39,329 nt of DNA from Octopus bimaculoides. Lineage: Eukaryota. The notes under the pieces are model-generated. The model searched no databases, was not told the origin of the DNA, and worked only from the letters and a program-made list of their open reading frames with translations. The translations under genes were made by a program, and so were the position numbers. The DNA is taken from NCBI RefSeq assembly GCF_001194135.2, contig NC_069005.1:7961232-8000560 (forward strand), read 5' to 3'. Within the stretch, counting starts at the first letter, position 1; every line of letters begins with the position of its first letter. Shown here one piece after another: positions 32,896 through 39,329 of this stretch.

Positions 32896-33062
32896 TCATA
32901 TAGTCCATATAGATACAGTTATGCCTGTATCTATCTATCCATCTATATATANNNNNNNNNNNNNNNNNNNNNNNNNNNNNNNNNNNNNNNNNNNNNNNTA
33001 TATATATATATATTATACATGCACACACACAGAGTAGCACTTTCTCTTTTAGTATTATTAAC

Positions 33063-33288
33063 TTTCTTTAGAGTGGCAAACTGGCAGAATCATTAGCACA
33101 CTGGGCGAAACGCTTAGCGGTATTTCATCTGTCTTTACATTCTGAGTTCAAATTCCGCCGAGGTCGATTTTGCCTTTCATCCTTTCGGGGTCAATAAATT
33201 AAGTACCAGTTGCATATTGGAGGTCGATCTAATCGACTGGTCCCCCACCCCACCCCGAATTTCGGGCCCTGTGCCTAGAATAGAAAAG
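33063..33288 (+). mobile_element. SINE family B with 12-bp TSD
   Basis: agtattattaac occurs at 33051-33062 and 33289-33300. Confidence 0.9.
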
Positions 33289-34004
33289 AGTATTATTAAC
33301 CTTTTTATATCTATTTCCTCTTTGCCTTTCAGCCGTCTGGCATTGCTTAAATAAATTGACCCCCAATACTAATCAAATCCTGGGGTCAATGTCAGTTATT
33401 GTTCCTTCCTCTGTAAATTTTTAGCTTTACAAAATACCTTGTGGTATTTGCTCCAGGGTTGATAGAATAAAGTACTAGTTCAGTATTGAAATCAATGGAA
33501 TTCACTAACCACTTGGCTTGGATAAGTGTCTCAAAGCAAGTGATATCCCGTCACTGAATTCAATCTGCTACGTTGGTTTATTTCTTGATGAAGTAATTTC
33601 ATTTCTCTTGTGAAATTATGAGCATCATTATATGACTCCTATTTACTTGTCAAACAAAATCCTTAGTTTGTCATTTCAAGACTTCATTAATATTGTTCCA
33701 AATTGATTGCAAATTATATTTACTTGCTCATGATTGTAAAAAAAAAAAAAAGAAATCCAATTTCCTATAAATTCAAATCTTCAATTACTTCTTCCAAATG
33801 CATGTACACACACACACAGAGGTATACCTCATCTTACACCATTTCGAGATACATCATTTTTCAATGATATATCATTTCTTTTTCTGCTTTTTTTAAAAAA
33901 AAGAAATTAATAGAAAAAAATGGTAAAATAAACTCCAATCTCAGTTGATTTATCCGACTTTATGTTGATCTCAGCGAACACATTTAAAGGTATATCAAAA
34001 TAAC

Positions 34005-34159
34005 ATCTAAAATACCTGTACTGAAGAGGCAAATGGAATAAAACACATTTATTAAAACAGATATAAGCTAATAAATTTTTTAAATGTTTTTTGTGTCACA
34101 TTGTCTTTTGATTTAAGTTGCATGTATGTTGAGGCATGGCTGTGTGTGTGAGTGGAGAT
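34005..34159. repeat. Paralogous block G2 (partner 17732-17900)
   Basis: See G1. Confidence 0.85.
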
Positions 34160-34323
34160 GTCTTATTGCCTGAGCAATTTGGAGTAAGAAATTATGAAAC
34201 TACAAAGAATATATAATAATATATACATATATACATCATACCCATCTATTTAGAAATAAAACTATTGTTATTTTACCAAATTGTAATTTTGTTCTTTGTT
34301 TTCAATTTGTTATTGTTTTGTAA

Positions 34324-34699
34324 TTGTTGTTGTTGGCACTCCGTCGCTTACGACATCGAGAGTTCCAGTTGATCCGATCAACAGAACAGCCTGCTCGTGC
34401 AAGTGGCTGAGCACTCCACAGACACGTGTACCCTTAACATAGTTCTCAGGGATATTCAGTGTGACACAGTGTGACAAGGCTGACTCTTAGAATTACAGGC
34501 ACAACAGAAACAGGAAGTAAGAATGAGAGAAAGTTGTGGTGAAAGAGTACAGCAGGGTTCGCCACCATCCCCTGCCAGAGCCTCGTGCAGCTTTAGGTGT
34601 TTTTGCTCAATGAACACTCACAACGCCCGGTCTGGGAATCGAAATCGCGATCCTATGACTGCGAGTCCGCTGCCCTAACCACTGGGCCATTGAGCCTCC
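34324..34699 (-). mobile_element. SINE family C
   Basis: Head ggaggctcaatggcccagtggttagggcagcggactcgc...gatttcgattcccagacc, with a (CAA)n tail. Matches 11541-11919. Confidence 0.88.
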
Positions 34700-35301
34700 C
34701 GAGACAGATTCAGTACTGAGTTACTAAAGCAGAAATATCTTTATAGCAAATATTCTGCTCAATACCACAGATTTGCTTGTCAGCTGCTTGACCATGTCCA
34801 CTTGAGCATGTCCCTTAGTTGCTTACTGTATGTACATCTCTGATCATGAGATGAATAGTAGTCGTCTTCCTTGTTCTGGGCCTGCCGATGCAGGTTTTTC
34901 CTTCAGGCAGCGGGAAACTTACTTGGGGGGTCTGGATGAGGAAGACAAAGAATAATGAAAAATGTATTTTTGTAATTGTAATTTTTGAATTTTTCTGATT
35001 ATAATTTTGATTTATATTGATTTAAATTGAACAGTGATTTCGAGGGGTTATTGGTCAGCGGGCACCGGTGCACCTCCCATTTTTTCATTTTTGTCATTTT
35101 TATTCACATTAATGCCTTTGTCCAGCCCACAGCTACTATGTATACTGCCTTTATGGCAAATAAAATGAAATAGAGTAGTCGTAGTAGTGGGGGAGCACAC
35201 ACAAATACAATTTATATATCAAAATATAATACGAACATTTATAAAACATGGAATTTCCACAAATTCGATTAGTTTATTGTGATTCTGAAAATAATTTGTG
35301 T

Positions 35302-35307
35302 TTTATT
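35302..35307 (-). terminator. Candidate polyadenylation signal of the MIF-family gene
   Basis: AATAAA on the minus strand ~135 nt after the stop. A second AATAAA lies at 35273-35278. Confidence 0.45.
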
Positions 35308-35441
35308 GCTTGAAGTAAATCTTTTTCGTTAGTATTTCTTGATTATTCTTTTTAATGTCCTGATTTCTTCTTTTGCTTTCTATTCCATACTCCTCTCAAC
35401 TTTTCCGTCTGCCCTTTCCTAGGTCTTTATGGGTGCTGTCA

Positions 35442-35499
35442 TCAGGGAGCGCCAGATCCAATATGTGTTTTGTCAAGGGGAACATACTGGAGATATACT
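35442..35499 (-). CDS. MIF: MIF/D-dopachrome tautomerase family protein, exon 3 (last coding exon)
   Basis: The acceptor ttcatgttttgtag is followed by a phase-2 entry completing Arg, then VYLQYVPLDKTHIGSGAP* (TGA TGA). Compare human MIF RVYINYYD and DDT RILIRFFPLESWQIG. Confidence 0.85.
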
Positions 35500-36043
35500 C
35501 TACAAAACATGAAATACAAAAAAAAGAGCAAAGAAAAAATGAATAAAAACAATAACTCTTTGTTCATTAGTCACAAGGGTACATATGATATAAAATGTGT
35601 TACATGTAAGATGAGGTGGGAAAACATTTGGGTAGGTTGATATGTAGTAGGTAGGTAAATAGATAGGGCTGACCACAAGTCTTGTGAGTGAGTTTGGTAG
35701 ACAGTAATTTAAAATAAGCTCATTGTAAGTATATATATATATATATTCCGTTTGATTAAGATTAAGATTAAGATTAATGTAATATAAAGCTGAAAAAAAA
35801 AAAAAAAAANNNNNNNNNNNNNNNNNNNNNNNNNNNNNNNNNNNNNNNNNNNNNNNNNNNNNNNNNNNNNNNNNNNNNNNNATATATATATATATATATA
35901 TATAATATATATTTATATGTATATTAATATAGTAATTATTAAACATTCTCGTATCTTCCATCTTTTGTCTATCTCGTTATTCAAATATATATATACACAT
36001 ACAGACACACATATATATATAAATACATACATACATATCTATC

Positions 36044-36075
<32 letters not shown>

Positions 36076-36094
36076 TATCTACATATAGCACCAT

Positions 36095-36325
36095 TCGAGC
36101 GTGGTCGATGCCAGTACTGCCTGACCGGCCCTCGTGCTGGTGGCACATAAAAAGCACCCACTACACTCTCGGAGTGGTTGGCATTAGGAAGGGCATCCAG
36201 CTGTAGAAACCTTGCCAGATCAGACTGGAGTCTGGTACAGCCTTTTGGCTTGCCAGACCCCAGTCAAACCATCCAACCCATGCCAGCATGGAAAATTGAT
36301 GTTAAACGATGATGATGATGATGAC
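36095..36325 (+). mobile_element. RTE 3' UTR in intron 2 (second partial copy ~36370-36455)
   Basis: aaagcacccactacactctcggagtggttggcattaggaagggcatccagc...(GAT)n. Confidence 0.85.
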
Positions 36326-36587
36326 ATACATACATACATATGTCACATCCGTATGTGATTGATGCCAGACCCATAAAAAGCACCCACTACACTTGCGGAG
36401 TGGTTGGAGTTAGAAAGGGCATCCAGTTGTAGAAACATTGCCAGATCAGATTGAATTACTCCAGCATTATCTTGTAGCTTTGAGATTTCAATGTGGTGAC
36501 TGCTTATTTTTACAACAACGTTGTTAGAAAGATCTCGCCAGTTTGAACATAAAACAGGTAGAAAATTTTAGGCTGGATACAGCCAGT

Positions 36588-36815
36588 TTAATCCCTTCGT
36601 TACCATATTTCTGTTCAGATGTTCTGTTTCTTGCAATTAATTTTAAATATATTAAAGAATTTAGTAAAATAATTTAGTTATCATTAAACTAGAGTTAGGA
36701 ACATAAATTGTGATTAAAGTTTAGTGGAAGATTTTAATTCAGAACTTTTGAAAACAAGAAATTTGTACTACAAAGCCAGAGGCTGTTTCAAGTATGTTGG
36801 TATCAAAATGGTTAA
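36588..36815. mobile_element. piggyBac-like MITE family 2 in intron 2
   Basis: TTAA-tcccttcgttacc ... aaaatgg-TTAA. It matches 26130-26751 and truncates a family-1 MITE remnant at ~36465-36590. Confidence 0.75.
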
Positions 36816-36837
36816 GCAGAAAGCTGCAATCACTCAC

Positions 36838-37010
36838 CTTTCCTTAGGCAGAGATAGGTTGAGACTGAGGTAGTCCACCATGATCTGTGTGTATTTAGGT
36901 GTTGTAGAAGCAGTAATCACATCGATAGCTCGTATCTCCAAGAAGGCTGCAGGATCATAGCTACCACTACGACAAAAGGCTAAGTCACTGTGCACAATAA
37001 CACTCATTTT
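36838..37010 (-). CDS. MIF: MIF/D-dopachrome tautomerase family protein, exon 2
   Basis: Acceptor ttttttctctacag and donor GTGAGT. The exon is 173 nt, phase 0 to 2, as in human MIF exon 2. It encodes KMSVIVHSDLAFCRSGSYDPAAFLEIRAIDVITASTTPKYTQIMVDYLSLNLSLPKE(R), which aligns with MIF/DDT (SGS.EP.A.L.I..I). MIF versus DDT orthology is unresolved. Confidence 0.9.
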
Positions 37011-38130
37011 CTGTAGAGAAAAAAGATGACATAGCATGTTACAATACTTCAAATGCTTAAGCATGTATGCATACATGAACACATGCACATACANNNNNNN
37101 NNNNNNNNNNNNNNNNNNNNNNNNNNNNNNNNNNNNNNNNNNNNNNNNNNNNNNNNNNNNNNNNNNNNNNNNNNNNNNNNNNNNNNNNNNNNNNNNNNNN
37201 NNNNNNNNNNNNNNNNNNNNNNNNNNNNNNNNNNNNNNNNNNNNNNNNNNNNNNNNNNNNNNNNNNNNNNNNNNNNNNNNNNNNNNNNNNNNNNNNNNNN
37301 NNNNNNNNNNNNNNNNNNNNNNNNNNNNNNNNNNNNNNNNNNNNNNNNNNNNNNNNNNNNNNNNNNNNNNNNNNNNNNNNNNNNNNNNNNNNNNNNNNNN
37401 NNNNNNNNNNNNNNNNNNNNNNNNNNNNNNNNNNNNNNNNNNNNNNNNNNNNNNNNNNNNNNNNNNNNNNNNNNNNNNNNNNNNNNNNNNNNNNNNNNNN
37501 NNNNNNNNNNNNNNNNNNNNNNNNNNNNNNNNNNNNNNNNNNNNNNNNNNNNNNNNNNNNNNNNNNNNNNNNNNNNNNNNNNNNNNNNNNNNNNNNNNNN
37601 NNNNNNNNNNNNNNNNNNNNNNNNNNNNNNNNNNNNNNNNNNNNNNNNNNNNNNNNNNNNNNNNNNNNNNNNNNNNNNNNNNNNNNNNNNNNNNNNNNNN
37701 NNNNNNNNNNNNNNNNNNNNNNNNNNNNNNNNNNNNNNNNNNNNNNNNNNNNNNNNNNNNNNNNNNNNNNNNNNNNNNNNNNNNNNNNNNNNNNNNNNNN
37801 NNNNNNNNNNNNNNNNNNNNNNNNNNNNNNNNNNNNNNNNNNNNNNNNNNNNNNNNNNNNNNNNNNNNNNNNNNNNNNNNNNNNNNNNNNNNNNNNNNNN
37901 NNNNNNNNNNNNNNNNNNNNNNNNNNNNNNNNNNNNNNNNNNNNNNNNNNNNNNNNNNNNNNNNNNNNNNNNNNNNNNNNNNNNNNNNNNNNNNNNNNNN
38001 NNNNNNNNNNNNNNNNNNNNNNNNNNNNNNNNNNNNNNNNNNNNNNNNNNNNNNNNNNNNNNNGCAAGCAGGGTTTTTAGTGTCCAATGAAGTAAAGATA
38101 CACTTCTGGCAGAGGTCACAGATTATGCTC

Positions 38131-38264
38131 TCACTTGCCTTGCCGGGCCTTCTCACGTACTGCATATTTCCAAAGGTCCCGGTCACTGGTCATTGCCTCA
38201 GTGAGGCCAAAAGTTCAAAGGTCGTGCTTCACCACCTCATCCCAGGTCTTCCTGGGCCTACCAC
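38131..38264 (-). mobile_element. RTE ORF C-terminal fragment
   Basis: GRPRKTWDEVVKHDL*TFGLTEAMTSDRDLWKYAVREKARQGK*. Confidence 0.85.
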
Positions 38265-38759
38265 AACGGGCATATATGTATATGTGTGTGTCTGTTCCTC
38301 CACTACTTGATAACTGGTGTCGGTATGTTTACATCCCCATAATGTACTGGTTCGGCAAAAGAGAGTGATAAAATAAGTACCAAACTTAAAAAAGAAAAAA
38401 AAAAGGTAAAAGAAAAAAATTAGTACTGGCGTGCTGTGGAGGAGGGTTATCCATTCGTTTGTATAAACACAATCTAATGACTTAAAAACACATAAAAATA
38501 CAAAAGATAAAAGTTGGCCTAGAAATTCATCAATGTAAGTATATTCAGAGTCAGTTTTAAGATAAGGAGATAAAACTATTGAAACAGTTACATGTACTTT
38601 GTAGAATTAGAATTAGTGAAGGGTATAGTTGTTTTTTTAACCTACATCAGCACTTATTTATGAAAGAAACTCACTGGAAAACTTTCTTCTAATTCTTCCA
38701 AATCTTTTTGTTAAAACTGTATTGAAACCATTTGTAGGAAATAAAGAGATAAAATACAA

Positions 38760-39161
38760 CACAATAATCTTTTCTACTATAGGTACAAGGCCTGCAATTT
38801 GGGGTGGTATGTAATTTATCGACCCAGAAAGGATGAAAGGCAAAAGTAGACCTCGACGAAATTTGAAGTCAGAACATAGGGATAGGTGAAATATCCGTAA
38901 GCATTTCGTCCAGTGTGCTAGCGATTCTTAATTCTTTATTGCCCACAAGGGGCTAAACGTAGAGGGGACAAACAAGGACAGACAAAGAGATTAAGTTGAT
39001 TACATGGACCCCAGTGCGTAACTGGTACTTAATTTATCGACCCCAAGGGGATGAAAGGCAAAGTCGACCTCGGTGGAATTTGAACTCAGAACGTAGCGGC
39101 AGACGAAATACCGCTAAGCATTTTGCCCGGCGTGCTAAAGATTCGGCCAGCTTGCTGCCTT
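38760..39161 (-). mobile_element. Two SINE family B copies (~38760-38925 and ~38932-39161)
   Basis: ggatgaaaggcaaagtcgacctcgg.ggaatttgaactcagaac occurs twice (once as a variant). Confidence 0.85.
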
Positions 39162-39329
39162 AAGCAAATTTTGGTTCCAGCATTTGTGCCTTACTATCTA
39201 TAAAATAGAGACCACAACATACAGCAGTAAGGCTTTCTATAGCCTGCTTGTAACTTTTTTTTTTCTTTAAATTTCTAGAAAAGGGAAATGATTTTTGTCA
39301 TACATCAAAGCTACATCAGCATTATATTT

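Noticed and set aside
34923-34931. 9-nt micro-exon candidate (ttcctcatccag ACCCCCCAA gtaagt, minus strand)
   Set aside because: It lies downstream of the stop and poly(A) signals, and the surrounding frame reads RPPK*V...PEGKTCIGRPRTR, an RTE remnant. The splice-like sites are probably chance.
38658-38843. ORF starting MPFILSG, or donor TTTCCA|GTGAGT at 38674, as MIF exon 1
   Set aside because: The MP start derives from the family-B SINE (tgcctttcatcc). The frame ending at the donor has an in-frame TAA and lacks the TN...GKP pattern. Exon 1 is probably in gap 37094-38063 or beyond the window.

Overview
This is a repeat-dominated animal genomic window with nine N-gaps. The SINE, RTE-LINE and MITE families look like those of Octopus, which is an inference from recalled repeat consensi and was not checked against a database. 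Only one host gene is well supported: exons 2 and 3 of a minus-strand MIF/D-dopachrome tautomerase-family gene (37010-36838 and 35499-35442). Its splice sites are canonical and its exon 2 is 173 nt like human MIF exon 2, but exon 1 is not visible. The window also holds a ~1.38-kb CpG-decayed 28S rRNA pseudogene (15783-17159) and a Merlin (IS1595-like) transposon with TIRs, an 8-bp TSD and a broken DDE transposase (31161-32229). Other mobile DNA includes a 91-bp Merlin-like MITE, mariner/Tc1 remnants, piggyBac-like MITEs, a ~450-bp foldback element, three tRNA-derived SINE families and RTE 3' ends. A degenerate minimal hammerhead ribozyme of the Penelope/retrozyme type (23558-23600, minus) lies beside a direct-plus-inverted repeat structure. 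An old local duplication mosaic spans ~10-34 kb, with reciprocal SINE empty sites and strongly asymmetric CpG decay. Almost all ORFs in the supplied track are repeat or gap artefacts. No prokaryotic-type system or CRISPR array is present. All alignments were done by eye.
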